64,000 nucleotides of DNA from assembly GCA_963713605.1 (NCBI GenBank), contig CAVQMO010000003.1:320001-384000 (forward strand), given 5' to 3'. A program made the position numbers and the translations under genes. Within the stretch, counting starts at the first letter, position 1. Every line of letters begins with the position of its first letter. Below, one piece after another: positions 45,116 through 57,185 of this stretch. Under the pieces are notes generated by a model, which was not told the DNA's origin, made no database searches, and was given only the letters and a program-made list of their open reading frames with translations. Source of the DNA: an uncultured Nitrososphaerales archaeon (GTDB lineage: Archaea > Thermoproteota > Nitrososphaeria > Nitrososphaerales > Nitrososphaeraceae).

Positions 45116-45847
45116 ATGGTCCAAACTTCACCACCTCAATTGCAACGACCATTGCTTAGAATAGGGTCGATCGCATTTATTGCAGGTGCCACTATAGTAG
45201 TTGTATCTACCTTATCCCATCCTTCAAGTGAAGATCCAGCTAACCATCTCCTTGTGTTTGCGGAGTATGCCAGTGATGATTCATGGATAGCCATTCATAT
45301 TGGCCAATTTGTAGGTGTAATAATGGTTTTTGCTGGAGGATTTGTAGCTCTCTATCGCTTGCTTGTGCAATCAGAATCAAGCATGGCTTCTATACTAGCG
45401 TGGATTGGTCTTGCACTTGCTATAATGACAGCCAGTGCCTTTGCCGTTCTCCAAGCCGTAGATGGAATTGCTCTCAAGATGGCAGTAGATTCTTGGGTTG
45501 CTGCTCCTGCTGGGGAAAAAGCCATCACCTTTAGAGTTGCAGAAGGGATTAGGTTTATTGAGTATGGTACCAATAGTATCTTTCGTATTCTCCAAGGGAC
45601 AGTGGCAGTGATCTTTGGTGTTACAATTGTAAAGAGCAAGCTTCTAAGCAAATGGATTTGTGGAGCAGGAGTTGTTATAGGTGCTGGCACCATTTATGCT
45701 GGCCTAGAAGTAGCTTATCTGGGTTTTGGTGGTCTAACAACTATAATTGGTATCTCCATGATAATTTATTTTATCTGGGTTGGTATTCTAGGTGTTCTTA
45801 TGTTGAGAAAATCAACATCCAGGGTCTTTGTTGAACGTAAAAAGTGA
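45116..45847 (+). CDS. Multi-pass membrane protein (DUF4386-like)
   Basis: HP..EDPA....FAEYA....WIAIH, LQAVDGIALK; several TM segments. Confidence 0.75.
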   Translation: MVQTSPPQLQRPLLRIGSIAFIAGATIVVVSTLSHPSSEDPANHLLVFAEYASDDSWIAIHIGQFVGVIMVFAGGFVALYRLLVQSESSMASILAWIGLALAIMTASAFAVLQAVDGIALKMAVDSWVAAPAGEKAITFRVAEGIRFIEYGTNSIFRILQGTVAVIFGVTIVKSKLLSKWICGAGVVIGAGTIYAGLEVAYLGFGGLTTIIGISMIIYFIWVGILGVLMLRKSTSRVFVERKK

Positions 45848-46871
45848 CCTAGACCTCATACAATTTGCTTGGGTTAAATGGCTTTGCACTTTGCCACATA
45901 TAACTAAAATAATCGAGGCACCATTCATGAAAAAACGGCATCCGTCCTATAAAATCCTGAATTCATATCTATTTCCCCTCTTCCTCCATTCTTCCTTCTT
46001 TTATACTTCCTATTTTACTTGCTATTGGAAACATAACCAATGACTGACTTTCGTTTACTATCATACATATATGTACCATTTCTGTCATCCTTCTTTGAAC
46101 AATTATGGTGTATGGTAGAGCATATGATAACCAAGACTTGTAAACGATCATGACAGTATTGAAAAGGTTGCGGAAGACTTTGATAATAATAAAAAATTCA
46201 TTCCTGGTGTGATTGATTTCCTTAATGAAATAGGCTGGATTAAACAAGATTCAAGTGGAGCCTATAGAATAACCAAGAAAGGGGAGAGTAATACAATAAC
46301 GCGTAACAAACAGACTATTAACTTTCACATGTAAAGACTCATTAAAAAGGGAATGACGGTTGGAGACATACAACTTGCAAAACACCTAGGCGTACATGTG
46401 GCAACAACTGTAAATACAAATGATAAACAGTTTGTACAAGAATTGGGAATTATACTAAGAATTATACTAAGAATCACCTGGTGATTCTTGATCTTCATCA
46501 TCATCGTTGTTATTGTCACCTTCTCCTACGGTATCTCCTCCCTCGCTATCGGAGGTGCTAGCAATTGCTATATTTTAATACTGACTAAGGATTCCAGTAA
46601 CGAGTACCGTAATTATAGGATGTATACAAAGCTTAGAAACTACTCCCCTTAATCTTGCTTTCAATAGGCCTCACAGCTTTACAACTATTGATAGGAAGTT
46701 ATTATGGATTTTACTTGAAGAGCGTTAGGAATGGCCAATATAATGGGCAAGTATATGGAAATTACTCATGATATAGTTTTCTACCAATGGATTGACTTTC
46801 AATTCATGCATCATCGTAAATGTTTATTACTGCAAGGTTAATAATCACTGACCATAACAGGAGAAACAGCG

Positions 46872-47928
46872 TTGGTTTCACAACAAAAATTCATTGGACT
46901 TGTAATAATCTTAACATTATCAGTTGTAGTTTTTGACATTTCAATAGACCTGCTCAGGTCCCCACAGGGACTAACAGCGCAGTCTGGTGGTGAGGAAGGT
47001 GTAGACAGTTTTAAAGCGCACGGTAACATAAATTCTGTAATCTATACTGTTAATGGTAATTGGGATGCTAAAGGTAAATGGAATTTAGATGTATCAGACG
47101 GTAAATTGACATACTTTCAAACGACAATGAATTGGAAAAATGGCACATCCGGTCATACTCACGAATTTCAAAATTTTGAGTCCGATAATAATATAGAACT
47201 TGATTCCAATAAAAGCGTTTCAATAGAAGGAGGAATGGATGTAGGTACTAATGGGGCTATATCATGGCCAAGCGTACCTGCAGAGATAACAATCGAAAAA
47301 GGGAAAATAATTACAATTTCGGTAGATGACGAAGATACAAATAATCATTTTGGTAATCAGGCCGTTCACGGAACCGTTACCTCATTGCAACAATGTTCTT
47401 CTTCTACACCCGGACCAGAAATGGCAGTACCTGCAATCAATTGTAAACCTATTGAATCGACTGCCGTATCAGGCACCGGCTCACAAGAACAATTGAAAAT
47501 ACCATCATCTTCATCAACCGAGGAGCAGGCAGCAATCAGCATCGCAACAGCTACAGCAGCCACAACAACAACTAGAACAGGAACAAGGACCACAGCAACA
47601 ACAGAATACCTTACAACAATCTCAATCCCAAACACCTACTCCTAATTCACAATCAGATAATTTCAACTTTTTTTCTTCTTTTTTCAGTACTAACCAGTCC
47701 ACACAAGGAACAGAACAAAATTCAAATACTTCAGAACCACAATCAGGATTATTCTCTTCAAATATTTCGAATTCTAAATCTCAAAAAGCAGATGTCACTT
47801 CCGGTGTACGAGTGTCTCCATTGAATACCACAAACACCGTATTAGGAGAGTGTTTATATGGTTCCAAGCCACAAGAAGAATGTGACCGTCTATCTGAAGA
47901 AGAATTAATGCAACAGGTACCAAACTGA
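46872..47928 (+). CDS. Secreted protein with Gln/Ser-rich tail, +1 frameshift near 47529
   Basis: Signal peptide, HTHEFQNF and NHFGNQAVHGTV core; removing one G restores QQSASQQLQQPQQQ...GECLYGSKPQEECDRL. Confidence 0.72.
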
Positions 47929-48140
47929 ACATCCGCTTATTTTATTTACAGCTCGGTATTCAAGTCAGTAACTCAAAACAATAGGTGAACCCCAATCATC
48001 GATATTTGGATCCGACGTGAAATATTTCTTTTTTTGTTACTATCCATACTATCTATCTTCCTCACCAGAATCTTAGCGATAGTCGAAATCCAACGAGTAG
48101 AATCTCGTGTAAAGTTGCTTCCTTATCCAATATGCCGACG

Positions 48141-48751
48141 TTATAAAAGAATTCTTAATATTTTCATTTGAGAGGCTAAACGGTCCAGGTGTCCCAGGCG
48201 GAGTGGTGTAGTATTGGTTTCTTTCAATATGATATTCATGACTTCAGAAATAAAAGGAACGTTGTCTGGTGAACCCCAAACAGCAGCTGCAAAATGTCCA
48301 CCTTCTATCAATGACCGATAAATATTTGATAAACTTGCTATAAGATCTGGTAAAAACATCAATCCTGCTCTACAGAGTGCTCGCATCGAATGATGAAGCC
48401 GGTAAATCAATTGTTTCTGTATCTCTCTCCTTAAATTCAATCACATTTTGTAGACCTAGTGAGATTGCTCTCTGTTTTGCAACAGATAGCATTTTTGGTG
48501 AAATATCCGTGGCTAATATGTGACCAGTTTTACTCATATGACTTGCGACGGTAATTGCTGGCTCTCCCATACCTGTGGAAATATCTAGAACTCTAGAACC
48601 TGGTCTAATCTCTGCAAGTTCTATTAAGCGTTTACTAAGTTTCCCAGCACCCTTTTCGATTGTCTTCCACCACTTTTGCCAACCCTCAGGCTACGTTATC
48701 CCATTTCTGACGCTCTTCCTCTTTGTATTGTTTTGAATTAAGAGTTGACAA
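48141..48751 (-). pseudogene. Decayed paralog of the methyltransferase at 5551-6385
   Basis: KWWKTIEKG, RVLDISTGMGEPA, TDISPKML, GGHFAAAVWGSP across several frames; 3' truncated. Confidence 0.88.
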
Positions 48752-49378
48752 ATAATCTTCATTGATTATGTCATTTATGGTATAAAATCATTATTTGCAA
48801 TTAGTCGTCAGACATTATATGTTGAGCAACCAATATCTTAATAATTTTAGTTAAAATGAGACATATTAAATAAGTCTTTGACCTGACCGTTATTGCGATT
48901 GCTGTGAAAACTTTATAAAATATGGGATCAATAACCCTTCTATTACAAAATGAATTTGCGGAACTAGAGTTAGTAATGGAATAGATTACGAAAATAGTAA
49001 CAATTACTATCATATATCGTGGGGGGAAATTACTGGAGTTATAACTATTAATGCAGTCTGTACGTATCATCTAAACGTAGTTTCCTTGAAATCCTGGTAC
49101 GATTTAGATTTGATGGTATCAATATTATATCGTCTAATTACTTGCATGACATAACAACGGATGTCGAAATCACTAAAACTGACAGAATTGCACATATACT
49201 AATGAGGTACTTATGATTAATCATGAATGTGCCCAAAGCTTATCGGTTGCTGCAATTTCCTTCATAATGCCCTTTTGTTATACTATACTTTTATTCCCGT
49301 ACTATTTTTTATATTAGATAATCATACTTGAGATGATGAAAAATTCGAAGGGAGACACCCGAATAAAGAGAGGATTGT

Positions 49379-50474
49379 ATGATTAGATTTAGATCAGCTA
49401 ACATTATGCTATTTGGTGTTCTATTATTAGTTTATGTTCTCTTTATGAGTACGCAACCATTTACTTTTGTTGAAGCCCAAATTTCAACAAATATTACTCA
49501 ATCCAATAATAATAATTCCGGAGTCTATATTCCGTCAACCATTTCTAAAGGTGCTCAAGAAATACTGAAAAATTTAACAATGAATGTACCTACTTTAGTA
49601 ACCCCAAACCCCGGTGATCTAAATGGTTGGCAAGAACTAAACCAACAAGTAAGCTCAATGGCAATGCAAATGTCTCAACCAATCATCGAAAGCTACCAAT
49701 CTAGTATTACAGCTACCAAATTGGGAGATGTAAATATAATTGACATTAAACCAAAAGATTGGAAAGATAAAGGAAAGATTCTGGTATACGTACATGGTGG
49801 AGGATATACCATCTTAGGGGCTAATTCTACACTAGGGAGTGTCGCACCAGTAGCCAATACTACTGGACTTAGAGTCATTTCTGTGGATTATCGCTTAGCA
49901 CCATTTGCTAAATGGAACCAAACAATCGAAGATGTGGTTTCAGTTATAGAGGCATTAAAAGACCAAGGTTATTCTCTTGATGATATTGCAATGTATGGAG
50001 ATTCAGCTGGAGGTGGTTTAGTGGCAGGCTCCGTACTTAAGATGCGGGATGAAGGATTAGGAATGCCTGCTGCCTCTGGTATTATGGTCACCATGGACAG
50101 ATCTAACAGGAGTAGGTGATACATACGTTACACTCAAGAATGCTGAACCATTTCTATCTGACGGTTCAATGTTACAAAACATGGCTGATGCATACGCCAA
50201 TAGATCCGATCAGAAGAATCCATTTGTTTCACCTGTGCAAGGTAATTTCAGTAAAGGCTTTCCACCCACCTTAATTCAAGGTGGTACCAAAGAAATGTTA
50301 CTCAGTGACTTTGTTCGTTTGTATCAAGCCATGGATCAGGCTGGCATTCCAGTCAAATTAGATATTTATGAAGGTATGCCACATGTATTTCAAACGTCGC
50401 TTTACAACACTACGGAATCTAATATAGCAATATCAAAAACTAATGATTTCTTAAGGAAAAATCTAGATTACTAA
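49379..50474 (+). CDS. Secreted alpha/beta hydrolase (HSL/family IV esterase), +1 frameshift near 50075
   Basis: Signal peptide, HGGG, GDSAG, MPAA extra T LVLWSPWTDL, YEGMPHVF. Confidence 0.88.
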
Positions 50475-50633
50475 TACATTGAAAGTGTTGGCCTAGGCAA
50501 ATATGATTAAAAGTTTGAATCATTGTAAGTACACGGCTATACCTTGATCATATGTATTAAGTTATGATTGACTAGATAGTAAGAATCAATCTGGACTTAA
50601 AATTATAGGAGCAAAGATAGAAAAAGAAAACAT

Positions 50634-50879
50634 ATGTACTCTGTCGAAAAACCACGGATGATTCTTGATAATATCATTTCTGACAAACCAAAGCTCTTTA
50701 AGCTTGTTTCAGTTATTGTAGTTTCAGTCCTAGCTATTCCTCTAATTATTCCGTACCTATATCATCCACAGCACATTTACCACATCCTGCTTCACATGAC
50801 CTATCATATTTTTACTTTTGTCAGATTAGTCTTTTATCGTCGATTTCTATCAACCGCATTCGCAAGCAACAGGAGATAA
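50634..50879 (+). CDS. Membrane protein fragment
   Basis: Hydrophobic LAIPLIIP...HIYHILLH; probably truncated. Confidence 0.4.
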   Translation: MYSVEKPRMILDNIISDKPKLFKLVSVIVVSVLAIPLIIPYLYHPQHIYHILLHMTYHIFTFVRLVFYRRFLSTAFASNRR

Positions 50880-51058
50880 ACCAGAGCATTGTTCGTATCT
50901 CTGTTTAGCATGCTAGTAATAATCCATTTTCTTATACTTAAACAGGTTGAGGTACCTAAAAAATAGTCTAGTCACTGCCTATCAAAGATAACTATGTTCC
51001 GGAAAGCCTTTTATTATATCCTTCAAACTAGTAATAAGTCCTATGCATATGTTAGGTT

Positions 51059-51097
51059 GGTAGGGAGGCCGGCATTGCATTCTTCGGTCGTCCTCCT
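51059..51097. repeat. GGTCGTCCTAC hairpin family, copy 4
   Basis: GGTAGGGAGGCCG (51059-51071) ... CGGTCGTCCTCCT (51085-51097). Confidence 0.6.
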
Positions 51098-51173
51098 AAC
51101 TACTTTTGTTTTGTTACTAATATTCCGAAGGACAACTACGATGATCAGCAAGAAATAATAAAACAGAGGAAGA

Positions 51174-51347
51174 CTAAACTGACAGTTTATTCTTTAGTAC
51201 AGCAGTTGCCTTTATATCGACTGACGTTACGCTTTCCCAGCCGTGTACGTGTTGTCCGCTCTCTTCCTTCGTAGAGGCCTCAACTAGGTCCATAAAGCAG
51301 TCCCCTTCCAACACTTTCGAACACCATAGACATTTCCATTTACCCAT
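51174..51347 (-). CDS. 57-aa putative C2H2-like zinc-binding microprotein
   Basis: MGKWKCLWCSKVLEGDCFMDL...QHVHGWE. Confidence 0.55.
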   Translation of the reverse strand: MGKWKCLWCSKVLEGDCFMDLVEASTKEESGQHVHGWESVTSVDIKATAVLKNKLSV

Positions 51348-51808
51348 GCCTTTTGCCTAATACTCTAACGACGGCATACCTTATTAATATGTTATTGAAA
51401 GTATGATAGTACAAGGTTAATGGTCCTGGACGGTTATTAAGAGGGTAAAGCTATTACGTCATACTATCAATTTTGTTAATTTTTACCTAATTGTGTAAAA
51501 AATCAATATGAAACTTGACACATTTAAAAAACACTAAAAAAATAGAATTTGGCAGATATCTGTTACAGAATATTCCCCTAACAGTCGTACCCACTGCCGA
51601 CCCTGCGAAAAATGTAGGCGATGGGTTAGGATGTCTGTAATTCTAACATAGACTACACTATTTTTTAGTATCTTCGGCTGCTATATGTCGAGTAGGAACA
51701 ATGAACGCTGCGCCATTGAATCGTTTTCAGGAAGCGAGCATTTAATTTTCTTAGAGAAGTATAATTCTACCCAACTTTATAAAGTAGACAAACACATTGG
51801 GTAGTGAA

Positions 51809-51931
51809 TTGTCCCAAGGAATTTGTAGTGTCTGTCAAAGGGTATGTGTTCAGCAATGTCAAGAGTGCAGTCAATATTTATGTGGAGTCCATATTAAGGA
51901 ACATGCGTCAACGCATAGAAAGAACCAGTAA
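51809..51931 (+). CDS. 40-aa B-box/AN1-like zinc-finger microprotein
   Basis: TTG start; MSQGICSVCQRVCVQQCQECSQYLCGVHIKEHASTHRKNQ; TTTATAAA at 51776-51783. Confidence 0.7.
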   Translation: MSQGICSVCQRVCVQQCQECSQYLCGVHIKEHASTHRKNQ

Positions 51932-51998
51932 CTGTCATATCACAATATAACGTCTTCTAACTTTAACTTTATATGTCAAGAAAGGATTGAATGAGTAA

Positions 51999-52124
51999 AT
52001 GTCAGAGGGTAACACGTGCAGTGAATTTGGCTGTACTTTTATGGCGACGGAAGAATGTGCAGATTGTGGTCCAAGTAAGCGATATTGTATTGATCATAAA
52101 TTTAAGCATGAACATGTAAAGTAA
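51999..52124 (+). CDS. 41-aa AN1/B-box-like zinc-finger microprotein
   Basis: MSEGNTCSEFGCTFMATEECADCGPSKRYCIDHKFKHEHVK; TTTATATG at 51968-51975. Confidence 0.7.
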   Translation: MSEGNTCSEFGCTFMATEECADCGPSKRYCIDHKFKHEHVK

Positions 52125-52149
52125 TCCAAAGTAGTAATTAGTAAATAAT

Positions 52150-52381
52150 ATGGACTGGTCAGGTTAGTCAGGGTTTAGTTGCAGTAGGCATAGGAGTAAT
52201 CCTGGTCTCATTTCTGTTTGGATTTCCTTATGTTGGTTACACCGTTAACAAGCAATACGCAAATGTAACTGTGGTCCCCATAACTGTGACTGGACTAGAT
52301 CACCAAAACCCTATAAATCTATACATTTTTGCAACACTATTTTTTGGTGGGATAGGACTGCTTGTGAAGGGTTTTTTCTAA
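52150..52381 (+). CDS. Small two-TM membrane protein (ATG is one base out of frame)
   Basis: TGQVSQGLVAVGIGVILVSFLFGFP...NLYIFATLFFGGIGLLVKGFF*. Confidence 0.5.
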
Positions 52382-53399
52382 ATATCCATCACTTTGTTTC
52401 TAAAGGGTTTAACTCATGGACTTGCTGCAGGATCCAGAACAATTAAAGAAGTTAGATAGTTAATCTTTCTGAATTCAATTAGATAGTAACTCTCTCTGAA
52501 TTTAGTTTCACGAATAGAACAGGCGAAACGTTCTTAGCATTCTGTGAAAATAGTCTAAATTATAATCGTTCTCTTTTGCGCTGTCCTAATCAGAGTTGGA
52601 TATTTCTTTAAGTTAGCACTTATCCATGTTAAGTCAGTTTCCTAAAACTGAGTAATCGTCCTCTGTTTACTAGCCGGAAAAAGTCTTTCATCAACAACTA
52701 CCTAGGTAATTTAATAGTCGCAGTTCTTCCGTCTATATCTAGGTTGTTTATGTTAGAGATTAAGAAAAAATCCAGATAGCAAATTCTGCCATAATGAAGA
52801 TGATAACAAATTGTAATATCGTCTGGACCAGCAACCACTCTGACATAGTCTTTTCATTAGGATTTGAATCCTCTGACATATTCTGGGACACTTTTTTTCA
52901 TTTCAAAGTAGATGCCAAGATTTGTCGGTAATGTACCCCTAGTGCCAAGTATAAACATCGCAGAAACTATCGCCAAGACCTGCGGAGATTCAGTAGCCGA
53001 TTGGTGGATTGAGAGTAATCAAACCTAGTTCTGAATGCAAGAAAATAGCCAGCACGTTGTAGTGACAGCAGCAACAGTTCGCATATAAAAGACGATCTTT
53101 GGCATAAGCCAAGAAATTGAACTTGCCTTACGTGTTTGATAAGGTTAAGATATCTGATAATCACGACACAGCAAAATAACCTATATACTATATGAGGAAT
53201 CCCCAGTCCAAAGTATGGCTGTAAAAACATTACGTATTAAGAAGGAGTAGATTAGCACTAAGAATCGCGACGTATAAGCGCAACAACTGGAATAAGAACC
53301 CAGAGGTTAGATCGAATAGAGATAACGGGAGGTTACTACTGTAATACCTGCCATGCCATTACTTTCAGCCACTGATTACTATACTCGATGATAGTGACT

Positions 53400-53515
53400 A
53401 TTAGTGCTGTAATATTTTGATCCAGGTTTCACGAAAGGATCACGGACATAAAATCTCCGTACTCCCCATGGCTCACTTTCAGGACCGTTAGCCTCTTCAG
53501 ACTACTTGGGAGCGA
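53400..53515 (-). pseudogene. Glyoxalase/VOC family C-terminal remnant
   Basis: GPESEPWGVRRFYVRDPF. Confidence 0.65.
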
Positions 53516-53905
53516 ATCCTATTCGATTTAACTATTTAGTTATTGTACAGTTTCAACGCAGATATCGTGGGATAATATATTTTACATGGTGGCGATGGTA
53601 TTATGATGGTGCGTGCATATTACAAATATGTCTAGAATAACTGCAATAATAATGGGACTTTTGACAGGCGGCTCAGGTATAGAAGCATTGTCTGCTGGCT
53701 CTCAAGTGGCCCAAGCCGCAACATATAATTGAACATATTATACCGATATGACTACTAGTTAGAGTAACAGAGTTAGGGGCGTGAAAGCCCCTCACTAATG
53801 ATACGTACTCGGAATGCCCCCAAAAACAATTGTCTATACACTTACTAAGGAAATATATACAATTGTCTACATGTGCCGCATAATGGCTTAATATGATCTT
53901 CATGA

Positions 53906-54307
53906 TCACTTGTTACTCCTACTGCCCACTATAAGTATCGTCATTGAATGGAGGAACTTCCTTTTTTGTACATTCTCTTTCTGCTTGCCCGGAGATTTAA
54001 GTTTGAGCTGTTCATATCTCAATCTAAATAATTCAATAATCGCTGGTAAATCATCTTCACCTTTTTCGATCCAATAGCTAACCCATCCTGATTGCGGCAT
54101 AACATGATGTGGAGATACACGACCAGAATTTACAAGTTCATTTCTGGTTTTCATTGAAAAGGGTAAGTCGGCCAGACGATCGCCGTGTATCTGTCCCATT
54201 TCCCTTTTATTTATGCGAAATCCAATACCTCCAAATTTATGTCGTTCAGCAGTAACATTAGGCCAGCTTAGTAATTCCTTCTTAATTTTTTCGAAAATTA
54301 TACTCAT
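53906..54307 (-). CDS. DUF5519 / luciferase-like domain protein
   Basis: SWPNVT...HKFGG..F....REMGQIHG..LADLPF...PHHVMPQSGWVS. Confidence 0.85.
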   Translation of the reverse strand: MSIIFEKIKKELLSWPNVTAERHKFGGIGFRINKREMGQIHGDRLADLPFSMKTRNELVNSGRVSPHHVMPQSGWVSYWIEKGEDDLPAIIELFRLRYEQLKLKSPGKQKENVQKRKFLHSMTILIVGSRSNK

Positions 54308-54475
54308 AGAAATAATATGATTAATCTAGATTATAAACTGGCCGGTTTACAAATTATATTAATTCTCGTGCGATTGCCGAGTGGTGACAAAGAGGAATAC
54401 CATCTGCTTTGTCGCGAACAAACTTTCTCCTTACTAATAATGCAATTATGGATGAAATCCTTGACCTTTGTTTAA

Positions 54476-54862
54476 CTAGACTTGCTTCTTCAGAGTTCGA
54501 TAAAGTTTCTTAAATTGTTGATACTGAGATGAATCTTTTTCTTTTCCTGATCCTGATTTCAGAAATGTATTTTCATAATAACTGATTATCATAGGTTTGA
54601 TGTATTCGATCAATTTTTTATCTGTAATCATTCTTTCGTTGATCATAAACGAAAGCCATTCTAAGCTATTGAACATGCGAAAGGACCATGAATTTCTAAC
54701 ATCGTCAAATTGAGATCCTGTAGGTATTTTTGCCATTTCACGTTCCACATCTCGAAGTTCGTTCATGACATCACCTAATGATGCGATTTGATCTTGTCTC
54801 TTCGAGCGCTGAAATGTGACAATGGTGTAAAATAATGTTGCTGCCATATATTGCGGCGACAA
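54476..54862 (-). CDS. Hypothetical protein (possibly 5'-truncated membrane-anchored protein)
   Basis: 128-aa ORF; FNSLEWLSFMIN and YQQFKKLY segments. Confidence 0.55.
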   Translation of the reverse strand: MSPQYMAATLFYTIVTFQRSKRQDQIASLGDVMNELRDVEREMAKIPTGSQFDDVRNSWSFRMFNSLEWLSFMINERMITDKKLIEYIKPMIISYYENTFLKSGSGKEKDSSQYQQFKKLYRTLKKQV

Positions 54863-54974
54863 TTATTTGAATGTAGTCTGAAGTTATTGCCATGAATGGA
54901 ACTTATGAACATCGAATGATTTTAGAGTTAGGGTTATCGATGATGCAAAGACTGTATATACGTGTATATGCGAT

Positions 54975-55110
54975 TATGTCTGAGCTATGGTTATGCAGGA
55001 TGCTGTGATCAATAAACACGGAACAAAGCATTTCCATTCAATTGGTGATCCAGATCTGGTTTGATCTGATCGTACGAACCTGAACTGGAAATGGTGTTTT
55101 GTTGAAATCT
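54975..55110 (+). pseudogene. Second, more decayed UBP-type zinc finger remnant
   Basis: CLSYGYAGCCD, HGTKHFHSIGDP, SYEP, NWKWCFVE, matching the 39205-39457 copy. Confidence 0.65.
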
Positions 55111-55358
55111 TTCAGCAATGATGATTATTGTGATTCCCCAGTAGTATTAAAACAAGAGTAACAGAATAGAGTATTCAACAAAACTTGCCTAAGCATTGAT
55201 ATAATCCAGACACTCCTTCAAAGAATTTTACCGGCTTGTTGTTAGATGCATCACATCTACATAAGGTATAATAGGATTATGTAAGGTACCCCTTACTCAA
55301 GTCTGGGGGTTTTTACAGCAAGCTTAAATACCCAGTTTCATTATAATTATGTTACGAG

Positions 55359-55589
55359 ATGTCAAAGGATGCAGTAGTTGATTGGGAATCCATTATCCAT
55401 AAGAATGTAAGATCCAAGGACGGTCAAGATGCTGGAAATGTGGATGCCATAGAAGGAGATGTAGTAATAATTGCAAGTCAGGGAGATCGCAAAGAGTACA
55501 ATCTACCAAAATCGCAGGTAGAAGGCTACAATGGTGCAGAAGTTTCTTTGAAAATTACTTTCGTGGAATTAGAGAGATATAAAGTTTAA
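55359..55589 (+). CDS. Small PRC-barrel/DUF2171-like protein
   Basis: WESIIHKNVRSKDGQDAGNV...YNLPKSQVEGYNGAEV; TTAAATA box at about 55325. Confidence 0.75.
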   Translation: MSKDAVVDWESIIHKNVRSKDGQDAGNVDAIEGDVVIIASQGDRKEYNLPKSQVEGYNGAEVSLKITFVELERYKV

Positions 55590-56202
55590 ACTGAAGACCT
55601 TCAAGCTTTTTAGACTGTGTATGACGTAACTCTACTTGGAACGTTTAATATTATGATTAACGCTCACTCGGCAGACATTCTCATCATTTTTATCAATAGA
55701 AATAGTGACTAACTCAGATTGTAATAGTGATCAAAATGATGGAAGGTTCACGCAACCGGCTCTAATGAAAAGAACTCATAGTTACGCCTAATCCATCAGA
55801 TGTGCCTCATCATCATCATTGATATCGAGCCTATCATGAGACGACTTTTTTCCTAGAAGTTGCCAGACCCTTCAAACTTTGTCTTTCGTAAAAATTATGA
55901 ACTACTTTAATGCTTAATCTTTCTTCTAAGTTACCTGTTCCGAGACAAGAAGAAGGGTAGATGTGGTCAATGATGACCCAGAAGCTGACGGATCATCCCT
56001 TCGCTTATTCTTTGATAGGCCTATTGCTTATCATCAAAGGAAGATTTACACATAGAAAATTTTGTGCCCTTACTAACGATGATGGGTTAGCTACGACCTT
56101 TCTCTATACTGCGCTCATAAAAGAAGAAAGACAACTGATTCCCCTTTACGGTCGGGCAACTTCAACATTCGTGATCGTCTAAATATCCGTGTAAGGAAAG
56201 AA

Positions 56203-56640
56203 ATGCCTATCGCAAGAGCCCGTGGTGGAATCAGACCTGATAAATCTACAAATAAGCATGGACGATCTAACAGACGTCATTTCGCACGCCAAAATCACAG
56301 AAAAAAGTCATCTGACGGATACGAACATGAAAAGATACCTAGAAAATTAATATTAAGTAAGTTCACAGGTGATGGATGGATGCCTTGCCCAATTGGTTTA
56401 CAAGAGGTCAAGGCATTGGGTTTGCTCCACAAGGCTTGGATCGGTTATAAGCGGGCGCTCAATCCGGAGAATCATTTCAGGACAGGCTACGACGGGCTGT
56501 AACAATACAAAATATCCAAATCGATTTAGGACTTCAAAGAGCATCGTTTCCAACATTAGGACTATACGGCGATTATATTTTTGCATATATTGAGTGGAAT
56601 CAAAATGAATTAGAAGATCTGGATAATGAATTATTTCTCA
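56203..56640 (+). pseudogene. Hypothetical basic protein, frameshifted
   Basis: 99-aa ORF (KALGLLHKAWIGYKRA) apparently continuing out of frame as IQNIQIDLGLQRASFP. Confidence 0.4.
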
Positions 56641-56985
56641 AAGAGTTGAATTCATGCCTATAAAATCATTCATTTCAAAAAAGTGCTTTAGCGCCGCGAT
56701 ATGCACGCGAATAATTGAAGGCGATACTTTCCTTTCCTCGCGTAAATACATAATGTATTGAATTATTTTCATTTCCATCCCCTTAAGAAAGTATTTTTGC
56801 AGTAACATTTCACAATTCGGAGCCCTCAAATAGGTTTGGAAATTTTGAAGGAATAGTGTGTAGATTTCCTTCGTTTTAGGCGACTTGATAGCGTTCTGGA
56901 ATTGTTTTAAATGGCTAACCGATGCTTGCACAATATGTAATATACTTATGCCATATTTATGTAAGGTATACTGCAAAAACATCAT
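56638..56985 (-). mobile_element. Tyrosine recombinase/integrase N-terminal fragment
   Basis: AIKSPKTKEIY...IIQYIMYLREERKVSPSIIRVHIAALKHFFEMND; catalytic domain absent. Confidence 0.7.
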
Positions 56986-57185
56986 AAAATAACTCTAAAA
57001 TAGTGTATCAAGGGATCGTAACTTGAACTATGTTTACGTTGAATTTTGTCAAGTTTTTTATGTACTTCTAGATAGGAACCAGGCTCGTATCCTAACGCTT
57101 GCGATAATGGCTTCACTCCATTCCAATACATCAGCCATCCTTCCGCGAACATAATATTAATTAAGTGAGCCAATACATTTAACCT

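Noticed and set aside
52700..53230. 87-aa track ORF as a real gene
   Set aside because: Looks like mixed frames of a heavily decayed membrane-protein gene; no family assignable with confidence
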